From an uncultured delta proteobacterium (GTDB lineage Bacteria; Myxococcota_A; Polyangia; Polyangiales; Polyangiaceae): a stretch of DNA of 64,000 nucleotides. The translations under genes were made by a program, and so were the position numbers. The stretch spans positions 1,568,001-1,632,000 of the forward strand of contig CAWJCS010000005.1 in the NCBI GenBank assembly GCA_963841435.1, given 5' to 3'. The first letter of the stretch is position 1; every line of letters begins with the position of its first letter. The notes below the pieces were generated by a model. That model was given only the letters and a program-made list of their open reading frames with translations, had not been told where the DNA came from and did not search any database. Below are positions 52,678 to 62,089 of this stretch, in pieces.

Positions 52678-53856
52678 ATGACGAATCTGTTCATCGTCGG
52701 GGCCGCTCGCACGGCGATCGGGGCCTTTCAGGGCGCGCTTTCCGCGTTGCCGGCGCCGAAGCTCGGCGCCGCCGTCGTCAGGGAAGCCCTCTCGCGCGCG
52801 AAGGTTTCGCCCGAGCTCGTGGGTGAGGTGTTCATGGGGAACGTGCTCTCGGCGGGGCTCGGGCAGGCGCCGGGCAGGCAGGCGTCCATCTACGGCGGCG
52901 TGCCGAACACCGTGCCCGTGACCACCATCAACAAGGTCTGCGGCTCGGGCCTTCAAGCGGCCATTCTCGCCGCCAAGAGCCTGCTCGCGGGCGACGCGGC
53001 GATTGCCGTTGCTGGCGGGATGGAGTCCATGTCGAACGTTCCGTACTACCTGCCCGGCGCTCGGGGAGGGTACCGGGTCGGTGACGCCAGGGTCGTCAAC
53101 GGGATGCTCCTCGACGGCCTCTGGGACCCGTACAACGAGTACCCCATGGGCAAGGCAGGCGAGCTCTGCGCGCGTGAGTACGAGCTCACGCGCGAGGCGC
53201 AGGACGAGTTCGCGAAGGCGAGCTACCGGCGCGCGCGCGAGGCGATCGCAAGCGGCGCGTTTCGCCGGGAAATCGTGCCCGTGGCGGTGCCGCAGCGCCG
53301 GGGGGACCCCGTGCTCGTCGACACCGACGAAGAGCCCGGCCGCGGCGACCTCGAGAAGCTTGGAAAGCTCAAGCCCGCGTTCGACCCTGCGGGCACCATC
53401 ACGGCGGGCAACGCCTCCAGCATCGATGACGGCGCCGCCGCCGTGGTCATCGCGACCGAGGCAGCCGTGAAAGAGCAAAAGCTCGAGCCGCTCGCGCGTA
53501 TCGTCGGCTGGGGCGCAGCGGCGCAAGCGCCGGAGTGGTTCACGACGGCGCCCGCCAAGGCCATCGACCAGACGCTCGGGCGCCTCGGCCTCGCGCCGCA
53601 GGACATCGACCTTTGGGAGATCAACGAAGCCTTTTCGTGTGTGACCATGGCATGCACGAGGCTCGCGAAGATCGATCCCGATGCCGTGAACGTCCGCGGT
53701 GGCGCCGTGGCGCTCGGCCACCCGATCGGGGCTTCGGGCGCGCGCGTGCTCGTGACGCTGCTGCACACGCTCGAGGATCTCGGGCGGCGCCGCGGGCTTG
53801 CCACATTGTGCATCGGCGGCGGCGAGGCCGTGGCGATGGTCGTCGAGCGGAGCTGA
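52678..53856 (+). CDS. Acetyl-CoA C-acetyltransferase (thiolase)
   Basis: NKVCGSG, GGMESMS, NEAF, GHPIGASG, CIGGG. Confidence 0.96.
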   Translation: MTNLFIVGAARTAIGAFQGALSALPAPKLGAAVVREALSRAKVSPELVGEVFMGNVLSAGLGQAPGRQASIYGGVPNTVPVTTINKVCGSGLQAAILAAKSLLAGDAAIAVAGGMESMSNVPYYLPGARGGYRVGDARVVNGMLLDGLWDPYNEYPMGKAGELCAREYELTREAQDEFAKASYRRAREAIASGAFRREIVPVAVPQRRGDPVLVDTDEEPGRGDLEKLGKLKPAFDPAGTITAGNASSIDDGAAAVVIATEAAVKEQKLEPLARIVGWGAAAQAPEWFTTAPAKAIDQTLGRLGLAPQDIDLWEINEAFSCVTMACTRLAKIDPDAVNVRGGAVALGHPIGASGARVLVTLLHTLEDLGRRRGLATLCIGGGEAVAMVVERS

Positions 53857-53941
53857 TGGGTCACCGGGGCGCGCTCGTGCACGCGCGCTCGGGCTCCGCC
53901 GGACTTGACAGACGGCCACGCACCGCGACGAGAGATCGAAC

Positions 53942-54178
53942 ATGACGAACGTCGGCGCGCCGCGCTTCAATCCCGACTTCGAGCGGGCGTTCGTCGCCAT
54001 CCGCTACTTTCTCGGGGCGCGTGGTGAAGAGCTCGGCAGGCCGCTCGGCGAGCCGGCGCCCGAGGCCGCTGCGACGCTACGGCGCATCGGCGGTGCCGAT
54101 CGGCAGCGTCGCGCGGAGGCGCTCGCCGTGGAGGTGGGGCGCGTCGTGCGTGCGCTCGAGCTCGGGTGCTACCGATGA
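53942..54178 (+). CDS. Small hypothetical protein upstream of FliH/SctL
   Basis: 78-aa ORF; its stop overlaps the next ATG (ATGA); TTGACA at 53905-53910. Confidence 0.65.
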   Translation: MTNVGAPRFNPDFERAFVAIRYFLGARGEELGRPLGEPAPEAAATLRRIGGADRQRRAEALAVEVGRVVRALELGCYR

Positions 54179-54831
54179 AGCTCGGCTTCGGTCGCGTGGT
54201 GGCCGCGCAGGATGCCGACGAGGTCGTCACGCCGGCGCGCGGCGCGGTCCGTACCGGGCCGCGCCTCGGCCGCGTCGTGCCGGCGGAGGCCGTCGCGGCC
54301 GCCGATCAGGCGCGCGGCGTCGTCGAGCGTGCGGAGGCCGAAGCATCGAAGCTGCTCGAAACGGCACGGGCGGACGCGCAGTCACTCCGTCTTCGCGCGG
54401 TCGAGGAAGCCCGCGCCGAGGCGGTCGCAGCCCTCGCCGCTCGCGAGCTCGCTTTTGCGGCCCGCGAGCGTGAAATCGACGCGCGCCAGCTCGATCGCCT
54501 GGTCAACCTCGCGCGGCTGCTCGCCGAACGCCTGCTCGGCGAGACGCTTGCCGTCAACCCGGCGCGTGTCGTTTCGCTCGCACGCCAGGCGCTCACGGAG
54601 GCGCAGGGCGCGCGGCGCGTCAACATCGCCGCGCATCCCGATGACGTCCCCGTGCTCGAGGCGGCGCTCGGCGGCAACGGTCTCGGCCCCGCGGCGCGCG
54701 TCGTCGCCGACGCGACCCGGGCGCGCGGCAGCCTGCGCTTCGACACGGACATCGGCACGCTCGACGCGGCGCTCGCGCCGCAACTCGAGCGCCTGGCAAA
54801 GAAGCTGCGCGCCGCGCTCGCTCATGACTGA
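54175..54831 (+). CDS. FliH/SctL (HrpE/YscL) family stator protein
   Basis: Ala/Glu-rich helical N-half, LAERLLGETL, AHPDD, RGSLRFDTDIGTLDA...QLERL. Confidence 0.8.
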   Translation: MKLGFGRVVAAQDADEVVTPARGAVRTGPRLGRVVPAEAVAAADQARGVVERAEAEASKLLETARADAQSLRLRAVEEARAEAVAALAARELAFAAREREIDARQLDRLVNLARLLAERLLGETLAVNPARVVSLARQALTEAQGARRVNIAAHPDDVPVLEAALGGNGLGPAARVVADATRARGSLRFDTDIGTLDAALAPQLERLAKKLRAALAHD

Positions 54832-55747
54832 CCCCTCTGCTTCGGGCGCGGCCTCGAGCGCACCGCCGGACGCCCTCATGCGCGTCACGTGGAAGAGCGC
54901 GCGCAACAACCTGCTCTTGTTCGTCGCCACGGCGCTCAGCGTGTTCGTGACGCAGGGCCCCGCGTTCACGGTGGCGCTGCTCGCCATCCTGCTCGCGCAC
55001 GAATTCGGCCACTATTTTGCCGCGCGCTACCATCGCGTGCCGGCGTCGTTGCCTTATTTCATCCCTCTGCCGATCATCAGCTTCTTCGGCACGCTGGGGG
55101 CCGTGATCGTCATGCCCGCGCGCATTCGCTCGCGCAACGCGCTCGTCAACATCGGGGCGTCGGGGCCGCTCGCGGGACTCGTCGTGGCGATCCCCGTGCT
55201 GCTCTTTGGTCTCGCGCACTCGACGGTTGGGCCGAGCGTCCCCCCGTACCTCCAGGAGGGCCAGAGCCTCATCTACCTCGTCGCCAAGCGGCTCGTGCTC
55301 GGCCCCATGCCCGAGGGCTACGACGTGCAGCTCGGCGGAGTCGCGGCGGCGGGGTGGGCAGGCCTCTTCCTCACGATGATCAACCTCATCCCGTACGGGC
55401 AGCTCGACGGCGGCCACATCGCCTACGCGATCTTCGGCGACCGGCAGCACGTCTTCGCGCGCTGGATGCGCCGCGCCTTACCGTTTCTTTTCCTCTACAA
55501 CCTCGCCGTCTGGCTCGTGCCGATGCTGCGCGGGACGGCGCCGCTCGACATTGCCCTCGCGGTAGAAAACTCCCTATTTTGGCTCGTGTGGTACGGCGTG
55601 CTGGGCCTTTTGGCGCGCTTTTCGGGGCGTGATCATCCGCCTTGCGAGCCGAGTGAGCTCACGCCCGCGCGTCGCGCCATCGGCTGGCTTTCGCTCGCCC
55701 TCTTCGTCGGCCTCTTCATGCCGTTTCCGTTCGCTCAAGTGCCCTGA
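54824..55747 (+). CDS. Site-2 protease (M50) family
   Basis: HEFGH, GTLGAVI, GPLAG, NLIPYGQLDGGH. Confidence 0.94.
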   Translation: MTDPSASGAASSAPPDALMRVTWKSARNNLLLFVATALSVFVTQGPAFTVALLAILLAHEFGHYFAARYHRVPASLPYFIPLPIISFFGTLGAVIVMPARIRSRNALVNIGASGPLAGLVVAIPVLLFGLAHSTVGPSVPPYLQEGQSLIYLVAKRLVLGPMPEGYDVQLGGVAAAGWAGLFLTMINLIPYGQLDGGHIAYAIFGDRQHVFARWMRRALPFLFLYNLAVWLVPMLRGTAPLDIALAVENSLFWLVWYGVLGLLARFSGRDHPPCEPSELTPARRAIGWLSLALFVGLFMPFPFAQVP

Positions 55748-55837
55748 AACGCGGTGTGGAATTTTCCACGCACCCGCCTGGGGTGAAACGTTGACGGGTT
55801 CCGCTGCGCGACGGCTACAGAGTCGAGAGAGGTCTTC

Positions 55838-56995
55838 ATGGAAAGCCGACGACGAACGACGGGGCAGGCATTGTTGGTGCTTTCGCTCGGGCTCGGCCTC
55901 GGTTGCCAGAGCGCGGTCGATGGGGATGACGCCGGCGCGAGCGGCTCGGGCGGAACGGGGCAGGGTGGCAGCGGTGGCTCGAGCGGGACGGCGTCAGGCG
56001 GAACGTCCGGCAGCGCGAGCGGTACGGGGGGCAGCGCCGCAGGCACCAGCGGCACGGCTGGACAGGGCATCGGTGGCACGGCGGGAAGTAGCACTGGGGG
56101 TGCTGCAGGGAGCGCCGCCGGTGACGCAGGCAGTGGCGGCCCCGCGGGAGGCGGCGCCGGCGGGGACGGCGCGACGGGCGGCTCGAGCGGCAGCGCTGGC
56201 GCCTCCGGCGGAACGTCGGGCGCTGCGGGCGCTCCCATGACGACCTCCGGCTGCGGCACCGCGACCTTCCCGGAGAGTGGCAACTACACGATGACGGTCG
56301 ACGGCACCGAGCGCGAGTACATCATCAAGCTGCCGGATGCGTACGACCCCGCCACGCCGTACCGGCTCGTGTTCGCGTTCCACGGCCGCACCGGCACCGC
56401 GCAGCAGATCGCAACGGGCTTCGGCGGCGGCTACTACGGCATCGAGCAGCGCCTCGGTGACGACACCATCTTCGTCGCACCGCAAGGCCTCGGCACGGAC
56501 ACCGACCCCGCCGACACGGGCTGGCCGAACACGAACGGTCAGGACATTGCCTTCGTGCGCGCCATGGTCAACGACCTCGAGTCGAGCTTCTGTATCGACT
56601 CCACACGCATCTTCTCCACGGGCATGAGCTACGGCGGCATCATGTCGGATACGATTGCCTGTCAGATGTCCGACGTTTTTCGCGGTATCGGGGCCATCGC
56701 CGGCGCCATGTTCGGTCGCGCCAACTGCTCCGGCCCGCCGATCGCCGTGTGGATGGCGCACGGCACCGCCGACGATCAGGTGATGTTCTCGCAGGGCGAG
56801 GCCGCTCGCGACGCTTTCCTCGGCGTGAACCACTGCGACACGGCGGCGGAGCCCGTCGCCGTCGATCCCGAGGGTTGCGTTTCGTACCAGGGCTGCGACA
56901 CGGGCTACCCGGTCGTCTTTTGCACGCACGACGGCGGGCACATCATCCCGAGCTATTCCGGCCAGGCCATCAGCGACTTCTTCGCGCAGTTCTGA
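55838..56995 (+). CDS. Lipoprotein esterase (feruloyl esterase/PHB depolymerase-like alpha/beta hydrolase) with Gly-rich linker
   Basis: LGC lipobox, LVFAFHG, GMSYGG nucleophile elbow, HGTADD, GGH. Confidence 0.85.
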   Translation: MESRRRTTGQALLVLSLGLGLGCQSAVDGDDAGASGSGGTGQGGSGGSSGTASGGTSGSASGTGGSAAGTSGTAGQGIGGTAGSSTGGAAGSAAGDAGSGGPAGGGAGGDGATGGSSGSAGASGGTSGAAGAPMTTSGCGTATFPESGNYTMTVDGTEREYIIKLPDAYDPATPYRLVFAFHGRTGTAQQIATGFGGGYYGIEQRLGDDTIFVAPQGLGTDTDPADTGWPNTNGQDIAFVRAMVNDLESSFCIDSTRIFSTGMSYGGIMSDTIACQMSDVFRGIGAIAGAMFGRANCSGPPIAVWMAHGTADDQVMFSQGEAARDAFLGVNHCDTAAEPVAVDPEGCVSYQGCDTGYPVVFCTHDGGHIIPSYSGQAISDFFAQF

Positions 56996-57013
56996 GCGCG
57001 AAAGGGCGCCCCC

Positions 57014-57099
57014 CGCGCGTCGTGCTCCAGCGCGTGTCGTGCCCCGGCGCGCGTCGTGCCCCAGCGCGCGTCGTGCCCCAGCGCGCGTCGTGCCCCCAG
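57014..57099. repeat. Intergenic 17-bp tandem repeat, five copies
   Basis: Consensus CGCGCGTCGTGCCCCAG; units start at 57014, 57031, 57048, 57065, 57082. Confidence 0.9.
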
Positions 57100-57142
57100 T
57101 GCGTGTCGCCGTGCGTTGCCGGCCCCTGCGCGTCGCCGTGAG

Positions 57143-57643
57143 TCAGGCTTCCGGCGTGCTGTACTTCTTGCGCAGTGCCTCGCACACGACGTCGGGCGTG
57201 TAGCGGCTCACGTCGCCCCCGAAACGAGCGATTTCGCGCACGAGTGACGCCGAGATGAAGCCGTAGTTCGTGCGCGTCGGCAGGAACACGGTGTCGATGC
57301 CCGGCGCGAGATCGGCGTTCGCGTGGGCGATCTGCAGCTCGTACTCGAAATCCGAGCCCACGCGCAGGCCACGCACCACGACGCGTACGCCGAGCTTCTT
57401 GCCGTAATCGACGAGCAGCCCGCTGAAGCTCTCGACGGTCACGTTGGGGAACGGCTTGCAGATTTCCTTGAGCAGCGCGAGCCGCTCCTCGACGGCGAAG
57501 AGCGGCGAGCGCGCGGGATTCGTACCGACGGCGACGATCACCCGCGGGAAGAGCCGCGCGGCACGCTCGACCAGGTCGAGGTGGCCGTAGGTGGGCGGGT
57601 CGAAGCTGCCGGCGTAAAGGGCAATGTCGACCCCCTCGCTCAT
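57143..57643 (-). CDS. coaD: Phosphopantetheine adenylyltransferase
   Basis: YAGSFDPPTYGHLD, RGLR..SDFEYE, ISASLVREIA. Confidence 0.97.
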   Translation of the reverse strand: MSEGVDIALYAGSFDPPTYGHLDLVERAARLFPRVIVAVGTNPARSPLFAVEERLALLKEICKPFPNVTVESFSGLLVDYGKKLGVRVVVRGLRVGSDFEYELQIAHANADLAPGIDTVFLPTRTNYGFISASLVREIARFGGDVSRYTPDVVCEALRKKYSTPEA

Positions 57644-59043
57644 GGCTTCTTGTTCGCGCCACCAATCGGGGGCGCGGTGGGCTTGGGGGTGGTCTTCTTG
57701 GGCGGAGCCTTGGCAGGCGCCTCGTCCGCCTCGTCCGCCTCGTCGTCGGGTGCCGTGTCCGGCGCCGCGCTGTCAGCGAAGCCCTCGAGAGGGGGCGCCG
57801 GCTCGAGCGCCTCGCGAGGTAGATCCTCGAGCCACATCGAGCGCCCGCCGTCGAACAACGTGACGCGGAAGGTCGCGAGCAGGCCTGACCCGAGCAGACC
57901 GTCGATGTCCACGCCGAGCCCCTCCTCGCGCTCCTTGATGGCGCCGTCGCCCTCGAGCCCCGGCACGTGCGGTAGGTCGAACGCGCCGAGCCGCAAGAGC
58001 GGAACGACGCCCTGTCGCATCGAGCCGCCGTTAGGCAGCGCGCGGAGCGATGACGGCGGTACGCCGGCTTTGGTCCACGCCGCGCCCTCGAGCGCCACCG
58101 GGTAGGCGAGGGTCGTATCGACGAGCAGCGAGCAGGTCGGCGCCGATTCACCCGAGCCGAGCGCGCCCCGTACGAGCATGCCGCCGCCGCGTGCGTAGTT
58201 GAGCCTGAGCGTCGTGGCCGCGGGCGGTGGCGGTGGGTCGAAGCTTCGGACGACGAACTGGCCCCCCGCAAAGTCGATGGTCGGACGCAGATGCCTCAGC
58301 AGATTCACGCCGATGAGGATCTTGATCGGAGCGTTCATCTGCTTGGACAGCCCCGAAAAATCCTTCGCGAGGACGGGGACGTCGCGCACTTCGACGCGCT
58401 CGCCGAAGCGCAGCGAGGCCCAGGTGGGCTCGGTGCCGTTCGCGGCGTCGATCACGGCTTCGGCGGTTCCGGTCGCGATCATCCCGAGGCCGGGGCTGCC
58501 ATCCACCTCGAGCGGCACGATCATCGACGCCGTGCCCGTCCGCGGCATGTCCATCACGGCCAGGAGCCCCCCCGACATTTCGAACGGGTGCCGGCCGGTG
58601 CCTCGCCGCGCAAGCTTCGCAATCTCGACCGCCCAGACGTCGTGCACCTCGGGGTCTCTGAGCAGCGCCTCGAGCTCGTCGGCCGTGCGGTCGACGTCGC
58701 CCTTGTACCAGTAGGCCCGGCCTCGGATGCCGCGCGCGTCCGCGGACTGCATGCCCTTCAAGACCTCGAGCGCCCGGTCGTAGTCGAGGCGCGCGAGCGC
58801 GACCCGGCCGGCCAGGAGACGGATCTCTTCGCGACCGGGTGCGACGCGCAGCGCGTTCTCGACGGCGAGCTCCGCGTCATCGAGGTCCCCGCTCCGGAAG
58901 CTCGCGGTCCCGCGGTCGAACCAGCGCTTTGCGACGGGCGGGAATTGTGGGTGGCTTTCCTGCGACGCGCAGGCAAACAGCAGCCCGGCGAGGGGCACGA
59001 GGCCGCACAGCGAGCGCAGCGAGAGGAGTCGGGTTCGAGGCAC
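57640..59043 (-). CDS. TPR lipoprotein with two degenerate retropepsin-like (aspartyl protease) domains
   Basis: LFAC lipobox, TPR-like helices, MIATGT, ILIGVNLL, LVDTT, DGLLGSGLLATFRVTL. Confidence 0.65.
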   Translation of the reverse strand: MPRTRLLSLRSLCGLVPLAGLLFACASQESHPQFPPVAKRWFDRGTASFRSGDLDDAELAVENALRVAPGREEIRLLAGRVALARLDYDRALEVLKGMQSADARGIRGRAYWYKGDVDRTADELEALLRDPEVHDVWAVEIAKLARRGTGRHPFEMSGGLLAVMDMPRTGTASMIVPLEVDGSPGLGMIATGTAEAVIDAANGTEPTWASLRFGERVEVRDVPVLAKDFSGLSKQMNAPIKILIGVNLLRHLRPTIDFAGGQFVVRSFDPPPPPAATTLRLNYARGGGMLVRGALGSGESAPTCSLLVDTTLAYPVALEGAAWTKAGVPPSSLRALPNGGSMRQGVVPLLRLGAFDLPHVPGLEGDGAIKEREEGLGVDIDGLLGSGLLATFRVTLFDGGRSMWLEDLPREALEPAPPLEGFADSAAPDTAPDDEADEADEAPAKAPPKKTTPKPTAPPIGGANKKP

Positions 59044-59182
59044 GGGGCGGCGGGGAGATAGCTCACAACCCGGCCGACGCCAAACGCGGGGTGGTCCGCG
59101 CGGTGCGCCCGGACCCCCGTAGCACCCGCTCGGACGCCCGCCGGGGGGGCTCCCAAGCTTCCAGAAGTGCTAGCCTGTTTGG

Positions 59183-59791
59183 GTGCACGAGGACTCGCTG
59201 ACGGCTCTTCCGCGTGAGCGCGACGTGCTGAGCTTGCCGGTGTTGCTTCTGAATCGGCACTTCGCGCCCGTGACCGTCGCCACGGCACGCCGCGCGTTCA
59301 TTTTGCTCTACGGGGGCGCCGCCCGCGCGCTCGACGACGACGGCGACGACTACGATTTCGACACCTGGTTCAAGCTGCCCTTGCGACGCACCGACGATCC
59401 GCTGCCCGTCGTCGGTGGCGCCGTGCGCGTGCCGCGCGTGTTGCACCTCTTGCGCTACGATCGTGCGCCGCGTTTCAGCGTCCGGCTCACGCGCAAGAAC
59501 CTGATGATCCGCGACCAGTACCAGTGCCAGTACTGCGGTCGGCGCCCGAATCAGCGGGAGTTGAATCTCGATCACGTCGTCCCACGTTCGCGCGGCGGGC
59601 AGGACTCGTGGGAAAACCTGGTCGTGTCGTGCCGACTCTGCAACCTGAAGAAGGGCCGCCGCACGCCCATCGAAGCGGGCATGAACCTCCTCCGAGCGCC
59701 CTTCCCGCCACGCTGGTCAACGGCCACGCAGATCCTGCTCGTCACGCGCCGCCCCTACGAGGAGTGGCAGCCCTTCCTCAAAGCCGGCTGA
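59183..59791 (+). CDS. Stand-alone HNH endonuclease
   Basis: RDQYQCQYCG, LDHVVPRSRGG, WENLVVSCRLCNLKKG. Confidence 0.93.
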   Translation: MHEDSLTALPRERDVLSLPVLLLNRHFAPVTVATARRAFILLYGGAARALDDDGDDYDFDTWFKLPLRRTDDPLPVVGGAVRVPRVLHLLRYDRAPRFSVRLTRKNLMIRDQYQCQYCGRRPNQRELNLDHVVPRSRGGQDSWENLVVSCRLCNLKKGRRTPIEAGMNLLRAPFPPRWSTATQILLVTRRPYEEWQPFLKAG

Positions 59792-59848
59792 TTTTCCGCG
59801 CCATCTGCCCGCTGCCCGGAGCGGCCGGGTGGTACTAGGATGCGGGGC

Positions 59849-60391
59849 ATGACGCGCTCCCCCGTGCTCGGACTCTCGACCCTCGTCCTGTTCGTCGTCG
59901 GCTGCGGCGGCTCCCAGCCCGAGCCTGAGGCACCTGCCGCGCCGCCCGAGGCTGCCGCTGCCGCCTCCCCAACCGCCGGCGATGCGGCGAAACCTCCCTC
60001 CGAAGGCGGCTGGGAGGGCGAGGCCGAGGCGACGGCGCCAGGCGACGCGCCCCGCGCGAGCGCTGCTGAGCCGCCCGCGGCCCCGGGTGTGAAAGAAACG
60101 CGCACGATGGAGGTCATCGCCAAGATCGTGAAGGACCGCCGCCAGCCCGTGCGCGACTGCTACGACAAGGCGCGCAAGGATCTGCCGTCCCTCCAGGGCG
60201 ACATGGTGATCCACTTCGACCTCACACCCGAAGGCAAGGTGAAGAACATCGAGCTCAACCAGCCGCGCTCGACGCTCAAGGCCGCGGCGGTCGTCGATTG
60301 CGCCATCAAGGTCATCCAGGGGCTCGACTTTCCACCCTCGTCTCGCGGCATGGAGACGCAGGTGAACTACCCGTACAATTTCACGCCGTGA
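59849..60391 (+). CDS. Lipoprotein with AgmX/PglI (TonB-C-like) domain
   Basis: VVGC lipobox, VRDCYD...LQGDMVIHF...VVDC...VNYPYNF. Confidence 0.8.
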   Translation: MTRSPVLGLSTLVLFVVGCGGSQPEPEAPAAPPEAAAAASPTAGDAAKPPSEGGWEGEAEATAPGDAPRASAAEPPAAPGVKETRTMEVIAKIVKDRRQPVRDCYDKARKDLPSLQGDMVIHFDLTPEGKVKNIELNQPRSTLKAAAVVDCAIKVIQGLDFPPSSRGMETQVNYPYNFTP

Positions 60392-62011
60392 CGACGGGGC
60401 GCCACACCCTGCGCCCGGAGCCAAGGCACCGGTCCCAGCCCTCGCCGGGCGGTGTGGACGACGCGTACGCCGGCCTGCTCAGCGGCACGCGGCGGCTGCA
60501 CCTCGAGCAGCGCTTCGAGCGCGAGGCGTGGCTCGCGGCGCTCACGCTCGAGGACAAGGACGATCTCTTGTTCGAGCTCGAGGTGCTGCTCAAGGCAACG
60601 GCCTGCTACTCGAACCCGCGCAACCACCCCGGCCCGCCCCGCCGCACCGCCATCGTGGGGCACGATTTCCGGCCCGCGCTGCAGGTCTTTCGCGACGGGC
60701 TCGAGCGGGCGATCGCCCTCGCCCGGCAGCTGCTCGGTCCGCTCGATCGCGCCTTCGTCTTCCATCGCTACCTCGAGACCGTGTTGCCCGAGGACAGCGC
60801 GCGCGCCCGGCTGCTCGTCGAAGGCGCGCACCAGAACGTCGCCCGCGAACAGCCTGATCACGCTGCGCCACGGCCTCACGGCGGCGAACGAGGTGGTCGA
60901 CGGCGTGCTGCGCGTCCAGCGCGTGCCGTTCCGGCTCTTTCACGCGCTGCTCTCCACGGTCTACCGCGAGGTCGATCGCAGCGCGTTCTTCAATCCCCTG
61001 AACGCGCTCGAGTTTCGCCCCGAGTTCGACCGCATCAAGTCGGCCCAGGTGCTGGATCTGATCCGCAGCATGCCGGGCGTCGAGGCGCACCGCCTCGTCG
61101 CGCTCACGTTCTTGTCGCTCTTTCGCATGCTGCGCTACCTCTCGCTGCTCGAGCACATCGGGGCCGAGGGTGCGCAGCGCCGACAGCACGTCGGTAGCGC
61201 ATACCTGGTGCTCAGCGTGCTTCGCTCCGACGCGCGTGCGCTCAGCGACCACCTGCGGCAGCGCGCCGCGGCGCTGCTCGCCGACGGCTTCGAGCGCGAC
61301 CTCATGCTCGTCCCCGCGAGCTCCGTGCGCGAGCGAGCGTCGACGCTGCGCGCGGCGGGACACCACCTCATCGGCATCAAGAGCGCGCTCGAAGGCATCT
61401 CCGGGAGTCTCCGCCTCGAGCTCCGCCGGGCGTTCCAGCACGATCTCCCCGAGCCGGGCGTCAAGAATGCGCCCGCTTTCCGGCGCTCGTTGGTCGGCAC
61501 CATCGAGAACCTGCGCCCCGCGCTGCAGAACTCGATTCTTTTCCTCGGCAAGGCGCTCGGCGTGAGCCTCGAGCACGGTGGCGTCTTCGACGACCAAGCC
61601 GCGCGCCGGCAGACGAGCGAGCGACTGCGCCGCGACGTGTGGATGTTCGCCCAGATCGTCCGAGCGTTTTTTTCCAAAGCGCAGCACTCGCCGACCGAGG
61701 ACGGCTGGGCGCCGGTGCAGGGCTTCCAGTACGTGCGGGAGTTCCTCGCGTACTTTCGCGCCATGGGCTATCCGCTCCTGCGCTCGGCGGACTACCCACG
61801 CATCGACCTCTTCATGGCCGCCATGACGCGGCTCGAGGACACCGACCTCGTCGACCCAGCTCGGCTCGAGGACGCCATCGACGAATGCGTCGCCTTCCAC
61901 GGCTTTCTCACGCGCCTGTTCGACGACATCTCGAAGCGCGACGAGCTTTCGGGCGTCGCCTTCGATCGCCGCGCCGCAGCCGGCGCGCTCAAGCTCTATC
62001 TCGGCGACTGA
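60388..62011 (+). pseudogene. Conserved-looking helical hypothetical protein with an apparent 1-bp insertion near 60835
   Basis: Coding-like frame switches from ...LLVEGAHQ to TSPANSLITL...; total span 1624 = 3n+1. Confidence 0.7.
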
Positions 62012-62089
62012 GCGCTGCAACCGCGGGCGCTGCCGTCGGCGGGCTCGAGTCCGGGGGCGCGACCGAGCAATCCAACGTCGATGCACCGC

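Noticed and set aside
55756-55769. Palindrome GTGGAA-TT-TTCCAC upstream of the esterase gene
   Set aside because: Single instance; cannot distinguish operator from terminator hairpin of the upstream gene.
57014-57099. Possible CRISPR array
   Set aside because: Units are 17 bp, contiguous and spacer-free; no cas genes in the window.
59183-59791. HNH gene as a mobile element or defence system
   Set aside because: Typical widespread stand-alone HNH with host-like codon usage; no flanking repeats, methylase or intron context.
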